Shown here in pieces: positions 24,692 through 37,855 of a DNA stretch of 64,000 nucleotides. The stretch's first letter is position 1. Every line of letters begins with the position of its first letter. The notes below the pieces were generated by a model that saw nothing but the letters and a program-made list of their open reading frames with translations, ran no database searches and was not told the origin of the DNA. The DNA comes from Octopus sinensis (taxonomy: Eukaryota). The position numbers and the translations under genes are program-made. The DNA is taken from assembly GCF_006345805.1 (NCBI RefSeq), contig NC_043003.1, forward strand, positions 94,674,001-94,738,000, given 5' to 3'.

Positions 24692-25209
24692 TTGCCAGCT
24701 CTGTCTGGCCTCCGTGCCGGTGACACATAAAAGCACCATCCGTTCCTGGCCGTTTGCCAACCCTGTCTGGCCCCCGTGTCGGTGGCATGTAAAAGCACCA
24801 TCCGTTCGTGTCCGTTGCTAGCCTCACCTGGCCCCCGTGCCGGTGACACGTAAAAGCACCATCCGTTTCATGGCCGTTTGCCAGCTCTGTCTGGCCCCCG
24901 TGTTGGTGGAACGTAAAAGCACCATCCGTTCGTGTCCGTTGCCAGCCTCGCCTGGCCCCCGTGCCGGTGACATGTAAAAGCACCATCCGTTCATGGCCGT
25001 TTGCCAGCTCTGTCTGGCACCTGTGCGGGTGGCACGTAAAAAGCACCCACTACACTCACGGAGTGGTTGGCGTTAGGAAGGGCATCCAGCCGTAGAAACA
25101 CTGCCAGATCTGACTGGGTCTGATGAAGCCTTCCAGCTTCACAGACCCCAGTTGAACCGTCCAACCCATGCTAGCATGGAGAATGGACGCTAAATGATGA
25201 TGATGATGA
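24692..25209 (+). mobile_element. RTE-type 3' tail with an expanded array of six 61-63 bp units
   Basis: aagcacc recurs at 24731, 24793, 24854, 24917, 24978 and 25041. The canonical tail and (gat)n follow. Confidence 0.85.
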
Positions 25210-25458
25210 TATATATGTATGTATTTGTGTGCCTGTGTTTGTCCCCCACCATCACTTGACAATCGATGTTGGTGTGTTTATGTCCCTGTAACTTAGCTGT
25301 TTGCCAAAAGAGACCGATAGAATAAATACTAGTCTTACAATGAATAAGTCGTGGGGACATTTAGTTTGACTAAAAGTTGTGCTCCAGCATGACAGCTGTC
25401 AAATGACTGGAACAAGTAAAAGAATAAAAGAATATATATAAATATATATGTGTATATA

Positions 25459-25495
<37 letters not shown>

Positions 25496-25539
25496 TTGTA
25501 TGTATGTTTATATATATATATGTATAAAAAATATATATA

Positions 25540-25885
25540 AAATTACAAAATGGGACAAGAACGCAAAACATTCAAATAGACAACACAAAAAAAACGGACA
25601 AGTCATTCGAAGCCTCTAATCTTCAGTCAAGAACCGCAATTTCAGCTGATTAATCTTGAGATTGCTCCAATCTGGCCAGCCCCAAGGAAAAACTAAGCTA
25701 CGAGCATTAGAATTCCTGGAAAAAGGATCGAATGTATACGAAACAAGGACAGAAAAATGGACGATGCCACACGAATATAAATACAAAAAACTATAATAAT
25801 AATAACAGGACAAAAGCAACAGGTGTCTTTCGACTTTAGACAGTTCAACTTAGCTTAGCTGGCGTATTTGGAAAATAATGCCTTA
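25540..25885 (-). mobile_element. Dispersed repeat, probable Penelope-like terminal fragment next to (TA)n
   Basis: Reverse complement of 36985-37355. The Penelope assignment is inferred from the (TA)n context and a degenerate ctgaaga...cttcgaa motif. Confidence 0.55.
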
Positions 25886-26124
25886 TATATACTGACATGG
25901 ACATTCATATTTTTTCCATGTTTGCTTGGATAGGAGGGAATTTTTTGAAACAGAAAAGACCCCTTCCAAATGCCCTCCCTGTCTCCAGCACTTACCTGTT
26001 TCCAAGCAAGTTAATTATTTCCCTGTGTTTACAACAGCAGACATTGGAACTTGGCACAGTCCTCTGGGTCATTTGCTTCTGTCAGTCTGTCTGACCCATG
26101 CCAACATGAAAAAATTGGGCATCA

Positions 26125-26455
26125 AATGACAACAATGAAGATAATGTTGATGACAATGATGACGATGACGACAATGATGATGATGACGACAATGATGATG
26201 ACGATGATGATGATGATGACAATGATGATGATGACGACAATGATGATGATGATGACAACAATGATGATGATGATGATGATGATGAAGATGATGACGACGA
26301 TGACAGCGATGATGGTGATGATGATGATGACAATGACAGTGATGATGGTGATGATGATGATAATGATGACGACAATGACGACAGTGATGATGATGATGAT
26401 TATGATGGTGACGATGACAATGACAACGACAATAATGATTATGATGTTGATGATG
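26125..26455 (+). repeat. Degenerate (GAT/GAC)n trinucleotide repeat
   Basis: Direct reading; source of the poly-Met and poly-Ser ORFs. Confidence 0.95.
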
Positions 26456-26832
26456 GGTGCAGGAATGGATGTGCGGTTAAGTATTTTGTCTTCCAGCCAC
26501 TTGATTTCAGATTCAGTCTATTATAGCCCCACTGACTAAAACCTTGTTCGTAGATTTGGTAGATGGAAACTGAAAGAAGCCCATTATATATGTGTATGTG
26601 TGTGTGTGTGTATGAGTGAGTGTGTGTGTGTGTGTGTATGAGTGAGTGTGTGTATATATGGGTGTGTGAGTGTGTGTATACATGTGTGTGCGTGTGTGTT
26701 TGTGTGTGTGTGTGTGTATGAGTGAGTGTGTGAGTGTGTGTATATATGGGTGTATGCACATGTGCATACATGGGTGTTTGTATGTTTGCATCTCCTTGTC
26801 TTCACATTGTGAGATGTTTGCACATGAGAAAA

Positions 26833-27230
26833 GCGGTGAGCTAGCAAAACATTAGCACACTGGGTGAAATGCTTAGCGGTATTTCATCTATCTTTACATT
26901 CTGAGTTCAAATTCCGCCGAGGTTAACTTTGCCTTTCATCCTTTCGGAGTTGATAAATTAAGTATGAGTTACACGCTGAGGTCGATGTAATCGACGTAAT
27001 ACCTTTGTCTGTCCTTGTTTGTCCCCTCTATGTTTAGCCCCTTGGGGGTAATAAAGAAATAGGTATTTCATCTGTCTTTACGTTCTGTGTTCAAATTCTC
27101 CGAGGTCGACTTTGCTTGTCATCCTTTCGGCGTCGATAAATTAAGTACTAGTTGTGTACTGGGATCGATCTAATTGACTGGCCCCCTCCCCAAAAATCAG
27201 GCCTTGTGCCTAGAGTAGAAAAGAATATTT
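26833..27230 (+). mobile_element. SINE family B dimer (full unit plus headless second unit)
   Basis: Tail ...ataaagaaat joins directly to aggtatttcatctg at 27061, then a second B-box and central domain with an alternative tail. Confidence 0.85.
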
Positions 27231-27314
27231 GCACATGGGAGTCACTATCATAGACATGGTGTCCCTTGTGTCTAATCATCTGCAAAAGCCTGTCCAGTCA
27301 TAAGGAATTGGTGG

Positions 27315-27387
<73 letters not shown>

Positions 27388-27639
27388 GGTAGCGGTGATG
27401 GTGATGATGAGGATGATGACAATATTTCCAATTTCTTTCCATAGTAGTTCTAGTTGTTCAAAAGTGTTTTTAATTTCTCTGTTGCCTTTGATCTATTCCC
27501 TTCTCCGCATGAAATGGCTGATTAGATTTCATTATTTGCTAAATTAGACCTTTTCTTCTAATTTCAAATTTTCCGTTAGACTTTTCATCCTGTCTCTGTA
27601 GAACATGCTACACTTTATCATGTATAAATTCAAATGCCA

Positions 27640-28235
27640 GTGCATGCATGCATGTGTGTGTACATGTGTGTGTGCATGCATGTGTGTGTGTGCATGCATG
27701 TGTGTGTGCATGCATGTGTGTGTGTGCATGCATGTGTGTGCATGCGTGTGTGTGTGTGCATGTGTGTGTGCATGCATGTGTGTGCATGCGTGTGTGTGTG
27801 TGCATGCATGTGTGTGTGCATGCATGTGTGTGTGCATGTGTGTGTGTGTGCATGCATGTGTGTGTGCACATGCGTGTGCGTGTGTGCATGCATGTGTGTG
27901 TATGCATGTGTGTGTGCATGTGCGTGTGTGTGCATGCATGTGTGTATGTGTGTGTGTGTGCATGCATGTGTGTATGAGTGCATGCATGTGTGTGCATGCG
28001 TGTGTGTGTGCATACATGTGTGTGCATGCGTGTGTGTGTGCATGCATGTGTGTGCATGCATGTGTGTGCATGCATATGTGTGTGCATGCATGTGTGTGTG
28101 CATGCGTGTGTGTGTGCATGCGTGTGTGTGTACATGCATGTGTGTGTACATGCATGTGTGTGTGTACATGCATGTGTGTGTGCATGCGTGTATGTGTGTG
28201 CATGCGTGTGTGTGTGCATGCATGTGTGTGTGTGT
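27640..28235. repeat. About 600-bp alternating purine-pyrimidine (TG/CA/TGCA) minisatellite
   Basis: Direct reading; built from tgcatg and (tg)n blocks. Confidence 0.95.
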
Positions 28236-28260
28236 GCTTTCATCAAAGTATATATTATTA

Positions 28261-28551
28261 CAGGTCCATTTCAGCTGGTCATACCAATTGGTTTCACATC
28301 AGCTTTTAGATAACTAGATATTAGATAACAGGATGGGTATCTAAACCCATTTGCTCTTCAAAGGTGGCATATACGGAAAAAAATATGTAGTAACTATATA
28401 AAGACCATATTTTTTCCATACCTGCCATTTCTGAAAAACATACGTGTTTAGATAATCATCTTTTTTTTTTATCTAATATCCAGTATCTGTTATCCAGTTA
28501 TACAAACAGCTGATGCAAAACTGATTAGCAAGATCGGCTGAAATGGATTTA
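28261..28551. mobile_element. Old palindromic (fold-back) MITE, possibly Tc1/mariner-derived (TA flanks)
   Basis: Left tccatttcagctggtc..catcagct pairs with right agctgatg..ggctgaaatgga (31/40 Watson-Crick plus 4 G:T). Inner arms tggcatatacggaaaaaaatatg / catattttttccatacctgcca also pair. Confidence 0.7.
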
Positions 28552-28724
28552 TAATACTGCATACTGTGATTAATATACCCACTCAGATGATAAATATATG
28601 AATGCTGCCTATTTTCTCTGACTAATAGCTTCTTGGACAATACACACACACACATACACACACACACACACATACAAACACACACACATACATATCTATA
28701 TCTATATATCTATACACACACATG

Positions 28725-28764
<40 letters not shown>

Positions 28765-28767
28765 CAC

Positions 28768-28809
<42 letters not shown>

Positions 28810-29074
28810 GGAGTTAAATGCAGGTGTTATTCAAATTCTTTTACTTCCGCCACATATTTCAAAGATGAAGAAATGAAACTCGTCAATAAGACATTTTAGC
28901 AGAAAATGATGGATATGTATAGTGATTAACTGAGTACTATTAAGTTTGTTTCAAAAAAATGTTAGAGGATATAATGTCAAAGGTAGCTTATAGAAAGAGG
29001 CTAATTGTTAAAAAGAGAAGAATACACATATATACATACACACACACGCATATATATATATATATAATATAATT

Positions 29075-29220
29075 TTTTTTTTTCTGTGTATCTTTGTCGA
29101 AGAACGTAGGCTCGAAATGTAAAAGACTTTTTCTGTTCCTGAGCGCTATACTAATACATTTGTTTGTTTGTACTCCACCTGCCTTCGTCTTTTGTTTATT
29201 TTCATAAACTTTCCCTTTAT
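29075..29220 (+). mobile_element. Penelope-like pLTR fragment in (TA)n with a decayed hammerhead-like motif
   Basis: gtcgaagaacgtaggctcgaaatgta resembles the motif at 38897, followed by a related ttcctgagcg...aatac tail. Flanked by (TA)n. Confidence 0.5.
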
Positions 29221-29393
29221 ATATATAATATATTATATATATATATAAATAATAATATAATATAATATAATTCGAGACAAAACCACTATTTTAAAACAAA
29301 CAAGAAAAGACTTAATCAATACATAAAATTTTAATATAAATTAAATAAATAATAGATATATATATATATATTTATACATATATATATATATAC

Positions 29394-29448
<55 letters not shown>

Positions 29449-31982
29449 TATATATATTTACATACACACACACACATATTGTCAATACCTAACTCTCAGA
29501 GATAAACACCAAAGGCTTTTTCAGAATTTTGTTCTGATAGACCGGTCATCCAGTTCAGAGATGAGTTTCATCTCAGAATCAAGTGATAAATCTTCTTCTC
29601 ATGGTTAATGCAAGAGAAACCAAAGTTAAGTGCTGATCAAATGGATTGTTCAGCTTTCTGAACGGAATACATTGTTTGGTATCAAACCAAAAATATATAG
29701 ATAAAACAAAAAAAATAAAAGAAGTGATGCTTATATTTAAATGACAATGTATACTGTATTTATAAATAGTACAGGAAATGAGAAAAAAGCTAAAAAGGGT
29801 GTAGGAACTTTTGTGTATGTACATCCTAAGGGGGGAATGAGAAACAGCTTAATATAAATCTAAGTAGTTGCAGTAACAAAGTAGATAATATGGTGGTCTT
29901 TGAATCCAGATTTCTTGTTTTTTTTGGTCTTTTTTTTTTGAGTTTTCATATCTTGCCGCTGGCACTGTGTTAAAATAGATAGAAAATACAGACAAGAAGA
30001 AGAAACAGTAAGATCACAAATCTTCTGCTACAAGACTAAATGTGTAAATCACAACTTAATTACCTTTACTTCATACCTCAGTTCAACCATTCCCAGTCAA
30101 AGAAATCATCATCATCATCATTATCGTCAGCATCGTTGTCATTATCATCATCGTCATCAGCATCAGCATTGTCGTCGTCGTTGTCACCGTCATCATTATC
30201 ATTATCATCATCATCATTGTTGTTGTCATCATGCTTTTTTTTCTTTTTTTTTTTCTTATCTCTCATCTCACACAAACAATACATGATACCACTGAAGAAA
30301 CGCCAACATGTCGTGCCATTCAAAAACATTTCTTAACCTACTACTGTGCCGGTCATTAGTACATTCACTTTCTTGTGAGATCTTAATTGAATGAAATCAA
30401 ACATGACACTTGATTGTATAGAAGGCCAAATCAATCATTGCTAATACAATAAAGCGAATACTTTATTTTAGTGCTAATTCATCAATTTTTAAAATTATTT
30501 CTTTGCTTCTGACACAGCATCATTCTTACATCGCTTTCTTTCATGTTTTGCTATCTATTACTTATTACTGCTTTTTCAAAGACTCTATTGTTTTAACATC
30601 ATGTCACCAATGCTGTATTGTGTCTATGGCCAATGTGATTAAATACCAATGATGGGCACATCCCTTCTTGCCATTTTACCAAAGACTATGAAGCAAAGTG
30701 TGTTATCAACAGATAAGTGCAAGCCCTGTGGGTCAGAGTGGCTGTTCCAGTCAGCAGCATATGGTGGTTGTTGTCATTGGGTTCATTGCCACATTGACTA
30801 TACTAAGATCGAAGTTATATGATGCTAGTGTAAAAAAAGAATTTTTGTAAAACAAAATTAGTTTTAGTTTAGAAATTTTAAGTTGATTTAAACATAAAAC
30901 TTTTCATCATGAAAACAAAGATGCGACAGTGTTGTCAAAGCTGTCACACACCCTTCACCATTAATTTTTTGTCTTTCTTACATTATCCTACAATACATCC
31001 GGTACCATATTATGATACAATGTGCTATGAGGTGTGCAATGTCATTTCAGGACACCTGCCACTAAATTTCAATCAGGGGTATAACAAAAGTTTTCCGTTA
31101 TGATTTGTGATTAAATTAATGAGTAAGGTTAATATTGATAATGAATTTGCCTTTTTCAATGGGTGTGCAGTGCACACCTAGCATATCCAAAATATACACC
31201 TCTGGTTCCAGTGCATCTCCCTCACCATCCTCCAGAGCAATGCCTTTTCCATTTTGTCTGCTGGGACCATAAGGCAGTCTGAATTAAAAGAAATCAAGAG
31301 AATATAAGAATTCTATAGATTGTATCCTGACAAAATAGTAAAGGAATCAAGCTACCAATAATTAAATTAGTCATGAGCAGACTGCAGCCCACAGACCTAA
31401 CCAAATGTCATGCCTAATGAAAACTTTTTAGTAGTAAAGCCCAACTGATGATGAATCATGTCCCACACAGCCCACTTCTCAAGAAAGGTTGACTATGCCA
31501 GAACTAAATCAACAGTCTGCCAACCAAACAGTTAAAGGTTCATATCTTGTCACCAGCACTCAACTGTATTCATGAACTGTAAACTTAATCCACAAATAGA
31601 CTGGTCCATCTTGCTGTAAGTATATTCTATACTTAAGCCAATTCATACTTGAAAGCAGTGAGAAAATTCTCTATGTGATGAATATACTGATTCCCAGCAT
31701 GGTAGCTAGGGGACAAATTTTGCTTTTTATAATTCTGTGTTCAATACCACTGCACAACACCTTAGGTGTGTGTCTTCCATCATATCCTCAGGTTGATCAA
31801 ATATATCTTGGGAATGGAATTTGGTTGATAGAAACTGTACTAAAATTACCCCATACATACATATATACATACATACATACATACATACATACATACATAC
31901 ATACATACATACATACATACATACATGCAAACATACATACATACAGTCGAAGAAAAAAAGGATATTTGTGGACAACTGCTTT

Positions 31983-32410
31983 GAAACCTCCAGAGAAGCA
32001 AAGGTATGTGCCATCATAGAGGACAGCTGCTCTGCAGATATAAATATCTCTTTGAAAATCAAAGGTAAAGGGGATATCTATAGCCAACTGTTTCAAAACC
32101 TCCAGCTTCTATATTCAGACTATGAATTCATATCCATACCAGTAATAATTGGAGCTCTAGGTTTTGTTAGTAAATGCTTTAAAAAGAATCTGGATAAACA
32201 GGGATTTTCCGAAAGAGGAATCAACCAGCTAATTCATGCATTACAAGTGCAATCTGTGAATGAAACAGTAAAAATATGCAAGACTTTTCTCGAGTTCCAA
32301 ATGTCCATTTGCCTATATTAACTATATCCCAAAGATGGAGCCTTGTCTCTTTGTTGGAAACCAGCTCCCTCTTCAGTGGAAGATTTATGATAATTAAAAA
32401 ATAGAAGAAA
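31983..32410 (+). mobile_element. 3' end of an RLE (R4/Dong-like) LINE, type 2, inside a (TACA)n tract
   Basis: REAKVCAIIEDSCSADINISLKIK.KGDIYSQLFQNLQLLYSDYEFISIPVIIGALGFVSKCF...VKICKTFLEF is the same family as 9485-10215. (CATA)n lies upstream at 31853-31943 and catacatacatgcatac downstream. Confidence 0.9.
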
Positions 32411-32424
32411 CATACATACATGCA

Positions 32425-32664
32425 TACCTATTTCTTTATTGCCCACAAGGGGCTAAACATAGAAGGAACAAACAAGGACAGACATAGGTATTAAGTCGAT
32501 TATATCGACTCCAGTGTGTAACTGGTACTTAATTTATCGACCCCGAAAGGATGAAAGGTAAAGTCGACCTCGGTGGAATTTGAAATCACAACGTAACGGC
32601 AGACGAAATACCGCTAAGCATTTCGCCTGACGTGCTAACGTTTCTGCCAGCTCTCCGCCTTTAC
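32425..32664 (-). mobile_element. SINE family B copy
   Basis: Full-length match. Confidence 0.9.
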
Positions 32665-32801
32665 ATGCATACATACATACATATATAATACATGTTTAAG
32701 TATATACATATATTATATTTATGTTTGTATATATGTATAAGATTATGTGTGAGTGTGTATATATATATATATATATATATATGGATATATATATGTATAT
32801 A

Positions 32802-32849
<48 letters not shown>

Positions 32850-33159
32850 TATATACATGATTTGCTTCTTGCAGTGTCCATCTAACATATCCACCTATAA
32901 GTCATTGGATCAACCGGTATTTATTCCTTCAGCCCCTTTTACTGAACAACTAAGTAATGAGGATGTAAAAAGACCAATACCAGCAGTCAAATGGTGTGAG
33001 GATAAACACAGACACAAAGACACAAACACACACACACACACATAAATATACACACACACAGAGAAAAACACACATATACATACACACATACACACACACA
33101 CACATACACACACACATACACACACACATGCACACATGCAATGACACATAAAACATACA

Positions 33160-33878
33160 TGTGGCTGTGTGGTGAGTAGCTTGCTTACCAACCATATGGT
33201 TCCAGGTTCAGTCCTACTGCATGGCACCTTCTACTGTAGTCTCGAGCTGACCAAAGTCTTGTGAGTGAATTTGGTAGACAGAAACTGATAGAAGCTCATC
33301 GTATTTGTATGTGCATGTATGTGTGTGTGTTTGTGTGTGTGTGTCTGACAACTGATGCTGGTGTGTTTACATCCCTGTAACTTAGCAGTTCTGCCCTAAG
33401 TGACCAATAGAATAAGTACTAGGCTTACAAAGAATAAGTCCTATAGCCAATTTGTTCAACTAAAGGCAATGCTCCAGCATGGCCGCAGTCAAATAACTGA
33501 AACAAGTAAAACAATAAAGAATATATAAGGCGTGGCACCTTGGGCAAGTGTCTTCTACTATAGCCTCGGGCCGACCAAAGCCTTGTGAGTGGATTTGGTA
33601 GACGGAATCGGAAAGAAGCCCGTCGTATATATGTATATATATGTATATGCATGTGTGTGTTTGTGTGTCTGTGTTTGTCCCCTAGCATTGCTTGACAACC
33701 GATGCTGGTGTGTTTATGTCCCCGTTACTTATCGGTTTGGCAAAAGAGACCAATAGAATAAGTACTGGGCTTACAATAGAATAAGTCCTGGGATCGAGTT
33801 GCTTGATTAAAGGCGGTGCTCCAGCATGGCCACAGTCAAATGACTGAAACAAGTAAAAGAGTAAAAGAGTAAAAGAGA
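33160..33878 (+). mobile_element. Two tandem SINE family A copies (second lacks the tRNA head)
   Basis: First about 33160-33515; the second restarts at gcgtggcaccttgggc (33530) and runs to the (agtaaaag)n tail. Confidence 0.85.
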
Positions 33879-34825
33879 TATGTATATGTATATATAATAA
33901 TAATAATGATAATAATAATAATAATAATAATAATAGTAATAATAATAATAATGATATACTCAAGTAAGCAGAAGTAAAAACAGACAAAATAACTAAGTAG
34001 TTCAGAAGAAATTTAAGTCACATCCTATATACTCTATAGTTTGTTGATTAACAGCCAAGAACATTAACATTCCACTTGTTTGAATCTCGTTTATAATCCT
34101 GTAAGTTAACACTCCATTATCTCTATGTCCTTAAGCATGACTTTGGTTGTGCTGAGAGAATCTTGGAGACAATCAATCCAGCATAGGAAATACGAAATAT
34201 GCTAAAAGTTCTATGCTGAAAAGTACCAATACCATGGATTCAGCTCATTAGCTTCATAATCGTAAACAAAGGAACTTAATTAAGTTCAGGCATGCATGTT
34301 GCAAAAGTTTGGTTAAGCATGTACTAAAATGGAATGTATTTTAGTTTTGCTCACATTTTATAGTTAAGGTATATCTCAGCTGGAGGATAAATGTGCCAGA
34401 TAAATGTGTGTGAAATTTATTAACAGGACAACGTGAATTTAATACTGCAAGTTACCAAAAATATTTCATCATCATCATCATCATTCTAATGACTGTTGTC
34501 ATTGCCATCATAATTGTTGTTCTTGCATCCACTTTTCTATACTTCAGAGAGAAGTTTTCGAAGCAGATTTTCTGTGATTGGATGCTCTACCTGTTACTGG
34601 CACTCATCTGGTTCCAAGTAAAGGGATATTCTCCCATGATTGGACATGTTTAAGCAGAAGTTTGGAAATGAAGGATTCTGCTTGTATCACAGTGACAGCG
34701 AGAGTCACAACTGTCACATGATGTCAAGACAAGTAGACTTAAAGACACACAGGTACACATATATATGTGTGTGTGTGTGTATATATATATGTGTGTGTGT
34801 GTGTGTATATATGTGTGTGTGTGTA

Positions 34826-35238
34826 TACTCTTTACTCTTTTACTCTTTTACTTGTTTCAGTCATTTGACTGCAGCCATGCTGGAGCACCGCCTTTAGTTG
34901 AACAAATCGACCCCGGGACTTATTCTTTGTAAGCCCAGTACTTATTCTATCAGTCTCTTTTGCCGAACCGCTAAGTGACAAGGACGTAAACACACCAGCA
35001 TCAGCTGTCAAGCAATGCTATGGGGACAAACACAGACACACAAACATACACACACATACATATATATATATATACATATATACGACAGGCTTCTTTCAGT
35101 TTCCGTCTACCAAATCCACTCACAAGGCATTGGTCAGCCCGGGGCTATAGCAGAAGACACTTGCCCAAGATGCCATGCAGTGGGACTGAACCCGGAACCA
35201 TGTGGTTGGTAAGCAAGCTACTTACCACACAGCCACTC
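34826..35238 (-). mobile_element. SINE family A copy, full length
   Basis: Reverse-complement match. Confidence 0.9.
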
Positions 35239-35665
35239 AGATAGATAGATAGATAAATAAAGACTGCAATTTGATGCAGTAGAGATGACTCTTTCAAAAT
35301 GCCAGCTGTTAAAACACCTGAAACTCATAGACAAGAGAGACAACCCCACCCCAAATCTCATTGATGTTTCACCCAGTTATGTGGCCTTTCAATATCATGT
35401 ACCTGAATCAAATTGGAGGTGAACCGAATAGCCTTAATTGCTTTATCTACCAGAGTACTGTCGATTCAGGTAGCTGGTCCCTCAATTGTGTCAACCTTTG
35501 ACAGACTCTCCACCTCCAATTCATTTTCCACATTCAGCAGTCTTTCATAACGGCATCTTTAAGCCTCTTTCTTTGCAGAATCGTTAAACGCAAGGGCACC
35601 TTCAACCATGCGGACACATTTCTCTCCTATGACATCACGGTTTTCTCTCAAACACCAAGTTTGTG

Positions 35666-35703
<38 letters not shown>

Positions 35704-35981
35704 TTGTGTGTGTTTGTGTGTGTGTGTATGTGTGTGCATGCGTGCATATGCATGTGTTTGCATGCATGTAGTTATAGCAGAATAAAAGTATAAACAAGTA
35801 GTCCAAAGGTATCAAATCAATTCATAACATACTTATATTTATATAACACTTGAAGGGAAATGTAAATATATATAAGAATTATATTTGACATCTTATTACC
35901 CACAGATTACACTCACACACACACACTCATAAACACACACTCATAAACACACATGCATATGCATATATATATATGTATATG

Positions 35982-36079
<98 letters not shown>

Positions 36080-36185
36080 ATATACACATACATAATGCTT
36101 GTAAATATATGTATAAACATACACACACACTTATACATATATATAGGAATGCATTGTGTGTGTTTGTATACACCATGTATATGCG

Positions 36186-36217
<32 letters not shown>

Positions 36218-36221
36218 GTGT

Positions 36222-36252
<31 letters not shown>

Positions 36253-36654
36253 GTGTACGTATGCATGTTTATATATACAAGCATTTTGCAGACATAACGT
36301 AAAGATAAAGTTTAATTATGATATGTTCTTCTGAGAAATTTTATTGCTTCTTAAATCAATACATTATCTACAATGATATGAATTTTTTTCTTAAATATAT
36401 TAATTTTAAATATTATTATCTATCTCAAAGAATTTCTTCATTATTCAAAAAACCTCTTGAGAATTTGTTTCATTACAATTAAATAAGGTGTGGGGTGAGT
36501 ATTACATTTACGTGTTAAGGCGTTTAAGTTGGTGTTAGGAAGGGCAAAGGCTATCCATCCATAAAAATCATGCCAAAGCAGACTCAGGTGTATGTGTGCA
36601 CTCAACATCAACAGCTGAAGTTGTAGTGTACCTAAGCACACTATACTATAAACT

Positions 36655-36692
<38 letters not shown>

Positions 36693-36695
<3 letters not shown>

Positions 36696-37355
36696 TAGCA
36701 GTTTTAGTACACCTGAACAATATATCCAATAAATTCATTTGCCTTTCTTACTTTGAACTTCACTGTCTCTGTCTTTCTTTTATCTCGCCAATCCTTGACA
36801 CGCTCTCTTTCTTCTCCCCCTCCTTAATTCCTTGTTCCTCTTTTTCTCTCTCTTCTCCCCCTCTTTAATTCCTTTGACCTTCTTTTTCTCTCTCTTCTCT
36901 TCTCACGTGACCGCTGGCCAACTATAGGCCTTTCGCTTCGGACCACCGTCACGATAACACCGCTTTCTTCGTCTGCCGGAAGGCCTTATTTTTCAAATAC
37001 GCTAGCTGAGTTCAATTCGTCTCTGGTCGAAAGACGCCTGTTGTTATGTCCTGTTATTATTATTATTATTGTTTTTTGTATTTATATTCGTATTTTTTTT
37101 TGTATTCATATTCGTGTAACATCGTCTGTTTTTCTGTCCTTGTTTCATATACATTTGATCTTTTTTCCAAGAAATCTAATGCTCATAGCTTAGTTTTTCC
37201 TTGGGGCTGGCCAGATTGGAGCAATCTCAAGATTAATCAGTCGAAATTGCAAGGATGATCCGGTTCTTGACTGAAGATTAGAGACTTCGAATGACCCGTC
37301 CGTGTTTTCTGTATCATCTATTTGAATGTTTTGTGTTCTTGTCCCATTTTGCATT
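36693..37355 (+). mobile_element. Probable Penelope-like terminal region bounded by (TA)n on both sides
   Basis: (TA)n at 36661-36692 and 37356-37376. A second inverted copy lies at 25540-25885. The classification is inferred. Confidence 0.55.
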
Positions 37356-37855
37356 TATATATATATATATATATATGTCTAACCAAACTCCTTCTTGTTG
37401 ACTCTATTTTATTCAATATATATATCAGCAGAAGATGATTCAGGTATGCTAATATGTGGTGAATTGTCAGGATTATGCAATAAGAATAGAGAGAGATGCA
37501 GGCAAGGCTGTGTGGTCAGAAGCTTGTTTCCCAACCACATGGTTCTGGATGAATTATAAAGTTGATGCCAACATCATTTGAGCAGTACTGTTGGAATATT
37601 TTCCAAATCATATAAATGATATAGCACTCACAGCAGTGTTGGAAGGAATAAAGTTTGATTTTTCTCAAAATGTTCTTAATAATCAAAACTTGCCATGTGA
37701 TTTGTTTTCCTTGTGGTCAATACTCTCAAGTGCTTCAATTTTTATTATATTTTATTTTGTGTAGTTTGACCTCAATGGGCAACAGTATTCATGGTGAGAT
37801 CAGGCAAAGGTGGACAAAGGAAGGATTATGGTAGAAGCTTCTCTTGATTGAAAAG

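Noticed and set aside
24692-25050. CRISPR-like periodic array
   Set aside because: The units are contiguous tandem repeats without unique spacers, lie inside a LINE UTR, and have no cas genes nearby.
26051-26539. 162-aa Met/Thr-rich ORF
   Set aside because: Translation of a degenerate (GAT)n repeat.
27544-28317. Several 200+ aa His/Cys-rich ORFs
   Set aside because: Products of the alternating TG/CA minisatellite, which lacks stop codons in any frame.
34272-34287. Perfect 16-bp palindrome gaacttaattaagttc
   Set aside because: A single short AT-rich palindrome; not distinguishable from chance without other evidence.
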